Shown piece by piece: positions 1-13,098 of a stretch of 64,000 bases of DNA. The DNA is from Squalus acanthias (taxonomy: Eukaryota): NCBI GenBank assembly GCA_030390025.1, contig CM059431.1, positions 118,360,001 to 118,424,000 of the forward strand. Reading direction: 5' to 3'. The notes below the pieces were generated by a model. The model was not told where the DNA came from. It ran no database searches and saw nothing but the letters and a program-made list of their open reading frames with translations. The position numbers and the translations under genes are program-made. The first letter of the stretch is position 1, and the number at the start of each line of letters is the position of its first letter.

Positions 1-24
1 CACGTTCCACCCTACATAAATATG

Positions 25-520
25 AGGTCATCCAAAACTCTGCTGCCAGTGCCCTAACTTACAGCAAGTCCCGTTCGCCCATCACCCCTTGCTCGCTGAC
101 CTACATTGGCTCCTGGTTAAGCAACTCCATGGTTTTAAAATTCTCATCCTTGTTTTCAAATCCTTCCATGGCCTCGCCCCTCCCTATCTCCGTAATCTCC
201 TCCAGCCCCACAACCCCCCGAGCTATCTGTGCTCCTCTAATTCTGCCCTCTTGAACATCCCTGATTTTAATCACTCAAACATTGGTGGTTGTGCCTTCAG
301 CTGCCAAGGCCCCAAGCTCTGAAATTCCTTCCCTAAACCTCTCAGCCTCTCTACCTCTCTTTCCTCCTTTAAGACACTCCTTCAAACCTTCATCTTTGAG
401 CAAGCTTTCAGTCATCTGCCCTAATTTCTCGTTATGTGGCTCGGTGTCAAATTTTGTTCTACAAGGCTCCTGTGCAGCGCCTTGGGATGTTTTACTATGT
501 GAAAGGCAGTATATAAATAC
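25..520 (+). mobile_element. L2-clade LINE 3' fragment (degenerate)
   Basis: Translates to an L2 ORF2 C-terminal-like peptide (LADLHWL...FKILILVFKSFHGLAPPYL) and ends in an L2-type tail (ggatgttttactatgtgaaaggcagtatataaat). Similar fragments at 2130-2426 and 16885-17250. Confidence 0.7.
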
Positions 521-524
521 TAAC

Positions 525-1432
525 CTAACTTTTTCCAGTTCTGACGAAGGGTCACAGACCTGAAACATTGGCCCAGAAATTTGGCCAAATACGGGAGAGT
601 ACGCACTGTGCACTCTCGCGTATTCGGTCCCGAAGTGCCGGTTTCCTGCATGCACTGCGCATGCGCGGGAAACCGGCACTTCCGATATTGCGAAGGGGGC
701 GGTTCCTAAGTGAACCGCGTGCGCACTACAGGCTGTGCGCATGCAGCATACTTAGGTTTTTTTTCAGGTTTCAACGTGAGGGTAAGTATGCAAGATTTTA
801 CACATGAAAAAAGGAGGAGGTGTAAGACCCCTTTTTAACAAGGTAAGTAGTTAATTAAGTATTATTTTAAATTTTTTTCAACAGGTTTATCTTTTTTAGA
901 GACTTTAAAGAAAGGTAAGTCTATTTTTATAACTTTTTAAAAAGAATTTAATTTTTTTCAAAAATTTAAATTGTTTAAAGTGGTTAATTTATTTAACTAT
1001 AGTTATTTTATTAATGTGATGGTTTTTTAAAAAAATTAATTGAGGTTTAGCTGTTATTTGGGGGCAAGTTGTATTCATAGTTTTGACAGTTCTCATGTCA
1101 AAACTATGAATGAAAGATGGTGTGCTGCCATTGGCTCTAACTGGCCCACGTGATCCCAGAGGTCGCATCGAACTAACTGCGCATCTGGGACACGCACACA
1201 CTGCGCGCCGGCACCAGGGAGAGGCCCAAGACCAGAAGTTCGTGTGGGCCAAAACCATAAAGGTAGGCGCGGAGTGCGATATCGCGGGGGATCCTTACCC
1301 CCGCGGCAACCATCGAAGTCTAATTTCTGGGCCATTAACTCTGTTTCTCTCTCCACGGATGCTGCCTGGCCTGCTGAGTGTTTCCAGCATTTTCTGTTAT
1401 TTCAGAATTCCAGCATCCGCAGTATTTTGCTA
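525..1432 (+). mobile_element. Penelope-like element 3' end/pLTR fragment, split by a MITE
   Basis: 525-569 and 1334-1432 rejoin to ...ttccagttctgacgaagggtcacagacctgaaacattaactctgtttctctctccacggatgctgcctggcctgctgag, matching the Penelope 3' ends at 23290-23400 and 32768-32870 (minus). Confidence 0.8.
570..1333. mobile_element. Non-autonomous PIF/Harbinger MITE
   Basis: TIR GGCCCAGAAATT / AATTTCTGGGCC; 3-bp TSD ATT (567-569, 1334-1336); flanks rejoin into a continuous Penelope sequence; homologous to 3371-4144. Confidence 0.9.
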
Positions 1433-2129
1433 TTGTATATAAATACAAGCTGTTGTTGTTTTTTTTTAAGTTATCCGAGTAATCCTTTCTTCATATTACA
1501 ACTGTTTTTTTGTTTACAAAACTTTGATAGTCGTCAGCAGCGTACAGTGTACAATATCCATGAGATATTGTGAACTTTATTGAGTGGCGAGGGCGGTGGG
1601 CAAATTAAAACAATATTATAACACTTTGCAATTCTGAAGAAATTAAGTGACTATTTTATAGTGTGCTCATTTTATGAAACAAGGTAAAGATTAGAGGTTG
1701 CCACACAATCATGAAAGGGCAGCTGGAATTGTTTTTTTTTCCAAAATGTTAAGCGATGTGGAGAAAAGACTAACATCTTGTGAGCTTCATGTGAGCACTA
1801 ATGTTGTCCATTTAACATAGATCACATTAGGTTCCCCAAAATAAAAGCACTGATTTTAACCTAACTCATCTGTTGCAAAGGGGAACTGTTCAGGTCACAT
1901 CTCAACTGATTTTGCACATTGTTGACTTCAATGACGCATAAAATCAGGCGGGTGTAAAACAGGTGTCCGACCTGGACTCGCCCAGTTTCTGCTGGGTGTC
2001 TTGGATTAAAGTCAAGGCTTTTATATCAAATTTATAAAGATAGGAGTTACAGCTTTTGCAGTTGTGATCAAAAATTTGAAAGAAGTTTGGAACATTAATG
2101 GCTACAACCATTATTTTTCTGCTGTTTTC

Positions 2130-2426
2130 ATTGCTATTCCAATGCTTTCCTGGCTGGCCTACCACTTTCCGCCCTTCATAAACTTGAGCTCATCCAAACC
2201 TCTGGCTGGCCGTATCCTAACTTGCACCAAGTCCCGTTCACCCATCAATCCTGGCCCCTGGTCCAGCAACACCTGGATTTAAAAATTCTCATCCTGGTGT
2301 TCAATATGCTCTGGAATTCCCTCGCTAATCCTCTTCACCTCTCTACCTCTCTCTCCTCCTTTAAGTCGTTCCTTAGAACCAGCTCTTTGACAAAGCTTTT
2401 GGTCATCTGTCCTAATATCTCTTTGT
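2130..2426 (+). mobile_element. L2 LINE 3' fragment
   Basis: Homologous to 25-440 and 16980-17170. Confidence 0.65.
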
Positions 2427-2835
2427 GGTTCAAGTCCCACTCCAGAGAGTTGAGCACAAAAATCTAGGCTGACACTCTAGTGCAGTGCTGAGGGAGGGCT
2501 GCACTGTCGGAGGTGCCGTCTTTCAGATGAGACGTTAAACCGAGGCCCTGTCTGCCGTCTCAGGTGGACGTAAAAGATCCCACGGCATTATTTCGAAGAA
2601 GTGTGGAGGTGTTATCCCCAGTGTCCTGGCCAATATTTATCCCTCAATCAACATAACAGAAACAGATTATCTGGTCATTATCACATCGCTGTTTGTGGGA
2701 GCTTGCTGTGCACAAATTGGCTGCTGTGTTTCCTACATTACAGCAGTGACTACACTTCAAAAGTACTTCATTGGCTGTAAAGCACTTTGGGACATCCAGT
2801 GGCTGTGACAGGCGCTATATAAATGCAAGTCTTTC
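2427..2835 (+). mobile_element. DeuSINE (SacSINE1-like), 5'-truncated
   Basis: B-box remnant ggttcaagtcc; Deu-like core gatgagacgttaaaccgaggccctgtctg...gtaaaagatccc; tail ggcgctatataaatgcaagtctttc. Confidence 0.8.
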
Positions 2836-3370
2836 TTTTTTTCCTTTCTTTATGTGTCAAAATTTGTCTTACAATGCTCTTGTGGAGTGCCTTAAGATGT
2901 TTTATTACATTAAAGGCACTGTATAAATGCAACTTGTTGTTGTTGCTGTACATTTTGCTGCACTACATGTACATAACAATAGGAAAATATATCGGGACGT
3001 TTGAGGTATGTAACACCTCTGATCCAAATGACAGCATTTTGGTCTCCACACTCTCACCCGTGGCTCCTCATAAATATAAACACACAATAATGGCTGTAAC
3101 CTGCAAACTGTTGCAGCTAGCATGCTATCTCTGGTGAGATTAGCCAGCAGATTTTGGTACTCGTGAACAGGGACGCCTGTCTTCCAGTGCATGAAGGCCA
3201 TGTGCAGTAGAATAACCTCTCTAGTTGGTCAGTGGCAGCAAAATTGCCATGACAAAGTATATGCTCTTTAAGGGTATGACTTTGGTGTGAAGTAGGTTCT
3301 GACTGGCCACTCTGGAACGATTTCAAAGGTGCCCATTGCATAATTCTCCCAGAAAACTAGAACACACATT

Positions 3371-4144
3371 GAGGCAGAAATTCGTCTGTTGTCGGGTGAG
3401 TACGCACTGTGTACTCACCCGTGGACGGAACAAAAGTGCCGGTTTCTTGCATGCACTGCGCATGCGTGGGAAACCGGCACTTCCGTTCCCCTGAGGAAAG
3501 GGGTTCAGAGGTCGAACGCGCACACCGGAGGGCCAGCGCGTTCGCCTCACACATCGGGTTTTTTTTTTTTAAAACAGGTTCCGCCGTGAAGGTAAGCACG
3601 GAGAAGATACACTTTTAAAAAGGATGCGCAAGGCCTTCTTTTAACCAGGTAAGTGTTGATTTTATTAAAATTTAAACATTTTTTTCCACAGATTTATCTT
3701 TTTTAATTACTTTAAAGAAAGGTAAGTTTAGTTTTAGCCCCGTTAAAAAATGTAATTAATTTTTTCAAAAATTTAAATTTTTGTTTAAAATAGTTAATTA
3801 ATGTAATTTATAGTTATTTTAAAAATGTGACGTTTTAAAAAAAAAAATTTGTAGTTTTAGGGATGTTTTGGGGCCGATCTGTATTCATAGATTTGACAGG
3901 TCTTCCTGTCAAATCTATGAATGAAAGATGGTCTGCTGCCATTGGCTCTCCATGGCCCACATGATCCCAGGGGACGCATTGCACTAACTACGCCCCTGGG
4001 ATACACAAGCACTGCGCACCAGCAGCTGCAGGAGGCCCAGGAGCTGAAGTCCCCGTGGGCCCAGAGGTCAACGGCAGGCGCGGTAGGGAGGTGCGCGCGC
4101 GATCCTTGCACCCGCGGAAAGCCAGGGAGCCGAATTTCTGGCCC
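3371..4144. mobile_element. Non-autonomous Harbinger MITE (same family as 570-1333)
   Basis: Imperfect TIR GAGGCAGAAATT / AATTTCTGGCCC; TSD ATT (3368-3370, 4145-4147); colinear with 570-1333. Confidence 0.85.
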
Positions 4145-4857
4145 ATTATATTAACATGGAGTACTGGTTGCTAACTGCAGAGCTGAGAGGCGCATAGACA
4201 AGAAGAAAGATTAAAGATTATGACTCAGAAATATGAAGAATCATGAGAGAAGTGTAATGTTCCATTTGTAGTACTTATGATAGTCTCAGAGCACATGCTG
4301 AGAACTAAAAGTCCTTCATTATAGTCCAATCAGAATAACTTATCTCTAGTGCTCAATGCGCCGAGAAGAGACTAAATTAAATGTTTATTTAACGGAGAGA
4401 GTGATGTTTATTATGACCTCAAAATGATTTTCATCAAATGGCCATTTTAACGGGATTTATTTGGAGTTCATAATGTATTACATTCTAGCTGAAATCTTGA
4501 AATCTCAGATGGAAACAAGTTTATGGTAGGGAACCATTTATTTGCCATTAAGAATGTTTGAACACAGAATTCTGACTCCCCTGTCAGCAATAACTATTGA
4601 GTTTTTAACAAGTGAAACAAGATAAAGATCCCATTGTAATCCAAGGCTTGTTGAGCACTTGAAATGGAAGCTTTACCATAGCTCAAAGTTTGGCAATATT
4701 AAATTAATATGATTATACAGGGATGTACAGTTTTAAATATATGTTAGCAGATCTTCCATGGTATGTCTCATGGTAACTCGGAGGTTATGTTGTTTTATAA
4801 CATCAGGGATGTTTTGTCTTGCAGGGATAACAGCATTGAATAAATCATACTCCATAC

Positions 4858-5320
4858 GAGTGTCAGCCGTGGCTCAGTTGGTAGCACTCTTGCCTCAGAG
4901 TCAGAAGGTTACGGGTTCATAGTCCAACACCAGAAACTTAAGCACAATAGATCTAAACTGATTCTCCAGTGCAGTGCTGAGGGAGGGCTGCATCGTCAGA
5001 GGTGTTTTCTTTCAGATGAGAGGTTAAACCAAGGCCCCATCTGCTCTCTCAGGTGGATGTAAAAAATCCCGTGGCACTATTTTGAAGAGGAGCAGGGGAG
5101 TTATCCCTGGTGTCCTGCCCAATATTTATCCCTCAATTGACATCACTAAAGTAGATTATCTGGTCATTGTCACATTGTTGTTTGTGGGAGCTTGCTGTGC
5201 ACAAATTGGCTGCTACATTTCCTACATTACAACAGTGACTACACTTCCAAAGTACTTCATTGGCTGTAAAGTGTTTTGGGACATCCTGAGGTTGGGAAAG
5301 GTGCTATATAAATGCAAGTT
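4858..5320 (+). mobile_element. DeuSINE (SacSINE1-like), near full length
   Basis: tRNA-like head (A box tggctcagttgg, B-box-like ggttcatagtcc), Deu-like core and 3' tail gctatataaatgcaag. Confidence 0.85.
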
Positions 5321-5859
5321 TTTTTCAATATTTATTAAGTGGTAATTAGGAGTTTTTGTTGGTGCTTTGGAGATTGAATTCAATGACTTTATCCATTATT
5401 CTGTGAAAACAGTAAATTCATGGTCTTTAATTGTTATACATACACGACAATCTCCCAATGACATTGCACATGAGAATTCAACAATAAGCAAAGTTAGAGG
5501 CAGGAATAATTGGCCAAGAGCATACAGATGGAATTGAATTCCCATTTTAAAGTTATAAATTCTGAACTTATTTTAATATTTCCATTAAAAAATTCCAATG
5601 TCCAATTCTATAAACGACCAACGTAAACCTACCAGTGATGGCAGTGCAGCCTCTTCACTGGAGGAAGAGTGTAATTACAATGCAGATGTAGGAATTTATA
5701 ACACAAAAAGTTGACAGGAAGTGTGGATGAACATCAGATTTTTAATATATTATTGGTCGATCTCCCATGTGAAGTCGTATTTTATTGGTACATCGCCCAT
5801 GAGGTGTTGACATTGAATGCACTGTTCAGGTGAGCGGGTTTAGGGTTGATAATTGGATT

Positions 5860-6470
5860 AGCAATGAGGGAGTACTGGGATGCTTGAGGGCAGAAAATGC
5901 CAAAGACAGAAGACACAGCAGGGTTAGAAGGCAGGGAGTAGGGAATGTAGATGAGGGTTAGAGGCCTTGAGGAGAAAGGGGGAAGCCAGACCAGGGTTAG
6001 ATGCTGGGAGTGAGTGCAAAGGAAGATTGCACAGGATTCAGAGGTCAGGGGGTGGAGGAAGGAAGGGAAGGCTTTGAAGCTAGGGAGAGGGGAAGAGCAC
6101 AAAGATACAACATTGCAAGAGAGTTAGAGGCCTGAGCAGGCTTGAACCAAGAGGAAGCAACCGCAATAGTGGAAACAGTGATGCCAGTAGAGTAAGCCTG
6201 GTAATAGCAGAGCTGGGTGGGAAAGGGGAATTGGAGGTGGGGGTAGGGGAGGAGGGAGAAGTGAAAGGTGCAACAAAGAGGAGAGGAGAAATGTGAAGAG
6301 AGGGAAGGGAGAAAAGGAGGTGGAAGGAAGAAGGGAAAGGGGGAGAAGCTGGAGAGCAGGGAGAAAGGAGAGGTAGAGGAGGAATGAAGGGAAAAGAGGA
6401 GAAATAATGGGGGGAAGAATGAAGGAGAATGCCGAGGAGAAATGGGTTGGGAAAAAGGAGAGAAGGGTAA
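5860..6470 (+). repeat. Purine-rich (G/A) low-complexity tract
   Basis: Strong G/A strand bias, most marked at 6220-6470; no coherent repeat unit. Confidence 0.6.
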
Positions 6471-8204
6471 GGCTGATGTTAAAAGGTTCTCTATAAATGC
6501 AAGTTTTTGTTGCGTTTCAGAAAGATAGGTGATTATTATTTTGTCAGTGTAGCTGGCATACTATTAATCTGGGGGAAAATGGAAGTCGTGATGTCCATGG
6601 TACAAACAGTTTGAACATTTTGATATAAAGTCCCCACCGCTTATAGCGGGGTTTGGTGTTAATGTGATTTGCCCGCTATATGTAGTGGACAGTATAACAA
6701 GCAACAGGAAGGCTACACCTGTCCTCTGACTGTGACAGCTGGGAAAATAGTGAGACCAGTCTGGATGTGTAATTCCACACTGCGATTCCACGTTCTTCCC
6801 ACTTTCTAATCGAGAGCTACAGTTCCAGCCATTCACTTGCTGAGGGGTCACTCTAAGGAGTACTGGGGTGGGTGCAATTTCTCCATTCCTCCAATCGTGC
6901 AACTTGAGGAGGTTGGGGCTGGGGAAGGAAGGCATTATTACAGGCCCCACGGAAAGGGGAGGGGGGAACTGTAGAACCAAGGGTACCATTAAAGTTCTAC
7001 TTTAACAGAACTATTGCACTTCATGGAAGTGTTCTTTTATCCAAGTGACTGGGAGAGGTCCGAAGTGGCAGAGTAAGAAGGGAAAGCGATACTACAAAGT
7101 ATACCCGAAATATCCGGTGAGCTTAATATGTTAAGTGGTGACTTTGTGATTGACTCCGATGGTAATGACAAATGGTTAGCGCTAGTTGCTTGATATAGGC
7201 GGCTGCTCGTGATAAGCGTGGACGGTATAGGTGGTGACAGTATTTATTAACATGCTAGAAACGGCTTCATTTGATCATGAGATAATGGCATCAATTGATG
7301 AATGTGATCATTAACAATAGAACTCCTTTTTAACGTATAAAGTCAAAGTTAAATCTTTGGCACCTCCATGGGAACTTTTTTACTGTGGTGTGGGAGTAAG
7401 ATTTTACAAAAGAATTCCCTGTCTCTAAGGTTTTGACTTTGATTCTGCTTTTGATTATGGATGTTTGAGTACTGCAGCCAATACATCAGCTGGCCTATTG
7501 AGTGTTCTGGAAGAACAATGAGCACAGGTTGGTTGCATACAAATAAAAGATAAAAATACGTCAAACATGAAAATGGAAATGTTAATTCAGAAGAAAATTG
7601 ATGTTCTGAACATACTGGTGCGAACTAAGGATTAAGATGGAGGGCACGCTAGACATTTCTCAATCGCTGGTACCTGTAAGTCTGATACTACTCTATAAAA
7701 TAATTAAGAAATGATTTGTACTTTGTTAAAAGGCTGAATATAGATTTTCTCTGTGGGAAACCTGGATAAGGCCAGATTTGAATTTAGCAAAGATGATTTT
7801 AGAATACAATGGAATAAAGAAAATAAGTTAATAGAGTTACAAGGCCTATCGACCCCAACTGCAAATGGTTCAAATTTGAAGTCTGAATGTTTTGGTAACT
7901 AAAATGAATTCCAGTGCTGAACTGTTATGTATTTCCCCCAAAGTCTCCATACTTAAAACCACAAATTAGGAACACTAGCCTGATTTACCACAGGATTTAC
8001 AGGATATACATAAAGGCTCTAATCTACTTTTAATGCACAAGTTTAATGCTACAATTTGAAGGATCAGAAAGGATAAAATTCTGTATATTCTGTATACTCT
8101 GATTTTCCTTTCAGAAGCACCAAAGATGAGGTTTTAATCACCGACAGAACGTAATTTCTGACAAAGATAGAAATTTTAAACAATGTTGTGCTAAACAATT
8201 TATA

Positions 8205-8432
8205 AGGACAGCAGATTTCCTTCCCTAAAGGACATTAGTGAACCAAATGGGTTTTTATGACAATCCGATAGTTTCATGGTCACCATTAGTGACACTAGCT
8301 TTTTATTCCAGATTTATTTAATTAACTGAATTTAAATTCTCCGGCTGCCGTGGTGGGATTTGAACTCAGGTCTCTGGATCATTAGTCCAGGCTGCTGAAT
8401 TACTAGCAAGGTGACATTACCACTACGCTACT
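8205..8432 (-). mobile_element. tRNA-headed SINE-like repeat fragment
   Basis: Minus strand begins gtagcgtagtggtaatgtc (A-box-like) ... gagttcaaatcccacc (B box), followed by non-tRNA body. Confidence 0.55.
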
Positions 8433-8967
8433 TCCGCCCCTTATTAAAGGGGAGGGGCCTAGCGCAGCATGACCTGGGCCACCAGGGATCGGAGTGCCGG
8501 CAAAAGAGCCCGGCACTCAAGAGAAGTGCCGGGCTCATGGAGCGCAGCCGGCACCCCATGAGGGGGGCTTCACAGGAGGCCGGGGACAGCAACGGGGGCA
8601 AGTGCTGGCAGGCGGCCAGCAACAAAAATGGCCGCCCGGCACCTCCCCTTTAATTTGCACCACCCCAGCCGCAGGTAGGCCCCTTTGACCCTGTCGGACA
8701 TAGCAACCGGCGGTAAGTCAGGGGACGCTACCAAAGATTGCGGCCGGGGTGCAAGCGGGGTGCTGCGCACAGCGATGACGTCATTGCTGGAGGCACAGCG
8801 CCATGTGGCGCTAACGGTTATCGCCGCCGCTAACCTCCTGCTGAATTTCGCAGGAGGCGTTAGTGGCGCTGTGCCCGGGTGCTAGTTACGTTGCGCCCAG
8901 TTAGCGCCCTCGATAGCGCCCTCTTAGGGTGCTAACAGGAGGCGCAAATCAACCAAATTTTTCCCCC
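8433..8967. mobile_element. Truncated GC-rich Harbinger-type MITE (family of 15018-15696, inverted)
   Basis: Reverse-complement similarity to 15018-15460; ends in TIR aatttttccccc; other end missing. Confidence 0.7.
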
Positions 8968-10144
8968 ATGTTTAAGGAAATGGATAGGTGTTGGAAGTGG
9001 GCAATAAAGGGCCTGACTGACCGTAGCAGAGACTATTAAAGCCCATCTTAAAATAAGAAAGGGTCAGCCAAGTGGAACAGTGAGCAGAGCTAAATTTGAC
9101 AGGAAAAGAAAAGAATCCAAGAGTATTTGTAAGTTTGTGGCTGATGGTAAAGGAAACTAGAATTAATATCAGAGCAAATATCAACAAGTCATGCATAAAT
9201 TAAACACAAGACCTTAAATTACAATCAAAGAGTTTAAAAATATCCCAATTACATTGAGAAACTATTGACAGCAAATTTTTATCTTGGAGCACAACAATCC
9301 TGAGTTCCTGAAGAAGTTAATAGCTCAGCTAAAGTTTACAGGCCAGAACCAAAGTGGTGGGTACTCATTTTCCAGCAAATACTTAATACCATAAACCCAA
9401 ATGAGATTTACCACCAGTCAGGGTCAATTGTCAGTAGACCTAGCTCTATAGTTGCTTTCCTGGGAAAGAAAAATAGGCACTGATTTTCTGAGGTCAGCGC
9501 TCCTTCAGAGTTAACACTGCACTTCAGGCTTTCCAGGTGCATGCACTACACATGGCTAATCTCAACCACATCTTGCATGATTGTCCCCTAATTACACATT
9601 CAAGGCAAGCTCCTGGAATTGCTGGGGATGCAGAGTTCAGGTGGTGGAAGTGCCACGTAAAGGGCTGGAGCAACCATTTACATTAATTTAAAGGCAAGTG
9701 GCTACATGTGGAGGGCAAACATTGAGGACTGATGAAAATCAGTGAAGAGCAAAATTTTAAGGCAGACAAAAGGCTGAAGAGGGGAAAAAAGGCTGTGTTT
9801 AGCCACAACAATTAGACATAGTGCTCTTAAAGGGACAGGACTACTTAAACACAGCTCCAGCCTGTGTGTGAGAGGTTAAAATTACCTCCCGAATTTAGTT
9901 GTTGTTCATTGGGAAGAAACTTGCAGATTGGAAGGTGCTTTAAAATTTCCAGCACCGTATCAGAAAATATAGTATGAAACGATTTAGGAGAATTTTAAGT
10001 TAGTAAGCCACAACATTTTTTATTGGCCCAGATTTTGTTGTAGCAGGGCATCTAACAATGTCTGCTGTAAGTTAGATTTGCCCTTGCACGTTTCGGTTTT
10101 TAAAAAATTTTGCATTAAATTTGCTGAAAGTGCGAGCTGATCTT

Positions 10145-10831
10145 GGCCTGTATTTTCCGATGCCTACGGGTGTGTACGGGCTGTGTACGCTGAAAACCGG
10201 CATTTCCGATCTGTCAAGAATCCTCTTGACAGATTGCATGCCTGCCCTGGAGAAGGGCCTCCGTGGGTGGAGAGTTCCGCTTCTGCAGAACCTTCGCCCG
10301 CTGAAAACCCCTTAGAAATCTTACGCCTGGTAAAAGCAGGCGTAAGGCCTGCTTTTACCAGCATAAGAGTTTTAAAAAGTTTTTAAAAATAATTTTCTCA
10401 TTTATAATTTAAAAATACTTATAAAAAAAGTTTATTTTTAGCCCCGTAAAAAACCTTAATTATTTTTTTCAAAAACTTAAACTTTATAATATTTAATTTA
10501 ATGTAATTTTAACTCACTTTAAAAACGTGATGGTTTTTAAAAAATGTATTTACTGTTTTAGTGTCTTTTTTCAGTGATCTCCATTCAGTTCTAACTGTCA
10601 AAAGTATGAAGGGGGATTCCCTTCTTTCATTGGCTCGCCTGGCCCACGTGATCCCAGGGATGCTTGAGAACCGCATGCACCCCTGGGATACCTGGGCCCT
10701 GCGCATTTCGACTGTGGAGAGGCCCAGGATTGGAATTGGACGGACCTCGGGAGCCCTCAGGTAAGTGCGTAGATTTCTTTCTGATAGGAGGCATCCGCAC
10801 GCAGGAAGCCTCCTATCGGAAATTACAGGCC
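10145..10831. mobile_element. Harbinger MITE derived from the 38943-45714 family
   Basis: TIR GGCCTGTATTTTCCGAT / ATCGGAAATTACAGGCC; both ends align to the termini of 38943-45714 (e.g. aaaccggcatttccgatctgtcaagaa, ggaagcctcc.atcggaa). No clean TSD. Confidence 0.8.
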
Positions 10832-11485
10832 AATGTCACAGCGAGGGAAACAGGGCACCTGGGACTTGAGTGAACAGGGCAAGTAATTGCCTATCTCCCT
10901 AACCAATCAGATTGAAGGATTGTGAAATTAACAGCGCAAGGACTGAGAAGGAAGTGTAAATTAGAGTGGGTGAATTCAATGTGAAATCAGGTGCAGAAAG
11001 ACAAATAAAAAGAGGGAAATAAAGATTGGATTAAGAGAGATTATAAAAGAGACAGCAAGGAAAAGTAAAACAAAAACCTTTAATTTAAAATTTTACATTT
11101 TTTAAATCTCCAACAACAATTAATACCTGAAGGAATGAGACTCCACACTTGTAATAGTTAATTTTCAGTGCCAGAGAGGTTGATTGGCAAAAAGTAACAC
11201 TTATTACGTCAGTAAGAGTGTACTTACACTTCAAATGACAAGACTTAGCTTTCCGTGCTGAGTTTACTTCATATCTATCGCACAAATACAGCAACTTCAC
11301 GCAATTCAATGCATTTCAATGGTGAGGCAGGCAGGGAGAAGCTGTTTTCGGGAAGCTAACAGTGGAGCAGCACAACTTGGAGAGCAAATTTTGGACATTC
11401 GCGTTTAGCCGCTCATCTGCCCCTCGCCTGAAGTTGCTGTAACATTTGCGCGTAAATAACGGCGACCGCCATGTAGAATTCGCAA

Positions 11486-13098
11486 TATATCGCGATTTTA
11501 TTAATAAGGAGAAAACACAGAGTCTCGTTCAAACAGCTTTTATTTCAGCAGAATGCTGTCAGGTTTCTCAAAGTGGACACAAGCAGCCTGTAAAATGGCC
11601 GCCGCACCTCGTGACAGAACATTCTAGACTTTGACAGGCAGACAAGATGGCGTTCCAATAAACATTTGTGCAAGATCGATTAAGATTCAGCACAGTGAAG
11701 ATAATACACGAGACATTATGGGTTTGCAGTATACACAAATACTGAAATCGGTCTCCCAGGTACGAATGAAAGCTATTGTACCAAGTAATCAAGGGCTCAT
11801 CCAAAAGACATTAATATGTAAAATCCCAACGACTCTACGATGAGAGAGCCGTTAGCAGGTAGTTATACAAAACACTTGGAAGCCCCAAAACCCCTCCAGG
11901 GAGAACACCGACCGATTTAACAATGGGAGAAATATTAACAGGTACTCAGACAGTTACGAGTAGCCCCGAAACCCATTAAGAACGGAGATCACCCATACAA
12001 GACATTTGAGCGCCAAACTCAAACAAAAGAAAGGACATTAAGGTTGGGCGGGAAACGGAAGATTTTGTACTATAATTACAAGCTCCAACCGTCCATCTTT
12101 CTCTTATTCTCTTATCCGATCGACTCGTAACCTCGTGGCTGCTCCTGTGTTTTTGACTCGTAGTCTTGTTCCTGCTTGCCTGGTGCCTCTTTGAAAAAGA
12201 CTGTTGAACTTTCTGATCCGTTCGGATCTACCTCGTGTCGCGTAACGAAGACCTATGTTGGTAACTGGCATCGGAACCAAAGGCCCGAGATGAGATGAGA
12301 TGAGATGAGAAGAGAGGAAGACCATACTCATCGCCACGGTCAGTAAATCCCGACCGTGCCTGTAGGTCGAACAGCCAAGTTTTCCTTGCCAGGAAGACTT
12401 CTTTGAACTTGCAAAAACGGATCGTCAAAGATGATATTGACTGGGCTGTATTCGGAAAGTACCTGTTAAACCAACCAACACAGATCTTCATCACAGCAGA
12501 CGGTCCAGCCTGCTAGCCGGAGCAGAAGCAAGTAAACAAGTGGGACCAGGAGACCTCCTGATCGACACATGGGTGCTGCGGTGAAAAACATCCGATCAGC
12601 TATTCGGAATTTCTCCGAGTTATCACGAGTGGTGAGCATGAGTCTAGAAATCCTACAAATCTAGCTAGGACAGATATTGATAGGGGAGGGTTTAAGTATT
12701 AAGGATACTTGTAATGTGTGCCCCTATTTACGGTGTGTCGTTCGTTCCTCGTTTCCCTAGGATCAGCTATATAACTGCTTGTAAGATTGTACTGTCATTA
12801 ATCTGTGCTTATGACATGTATTTCGTAATCTTAAATATCATGCAATAAAGATTTTCCATTTTGTACCATTCAACCGAGTCTACATGAGTTTCATCTCCAT
12901 TACTGCTCTCGCATCTAAGTCCAGTGTCTAGAACCGTAAGGGCGAGTGATTCGAACCACTCACAGGTGTGTCTAGTGCTCCCAGACTGGCTGGAGACCAG
13001 AACAGGCAACAAGGCCTAAACCCGCACTGACATACAGGCTGCACAGAGCCGCGTGAATCTCACAGGCTGCGAGACACGCAGGGTCAGAATCCCTTACA
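11486..13098. mobile_element. LTR-like sequence (possibly solo or nested LTRs)
   Basis: Ends ...cttACA; possible imperfect 4-bp TSD gcaa/gcca; TATA-like tataat at ~12070, AATAAA at 12844, (GAGAT)n at 12287-12310, CpG-retaining. No internal ORFs. Confidence 0.4.

Noticed and set aside
4862..4935. tRNA gene (also ~61900 and ~8350-8430)
   Set aside because: A/B boxes run directly into SINE bodies; no convincing cloverleaf.
6564..7330. 141-aa minus-strand ORF and adjacent CpG-retaining sequence
   Set aside because: No recognisable domain or splice structure; would need BLASTX/TBLASTX to rule out an exon or viral relic.
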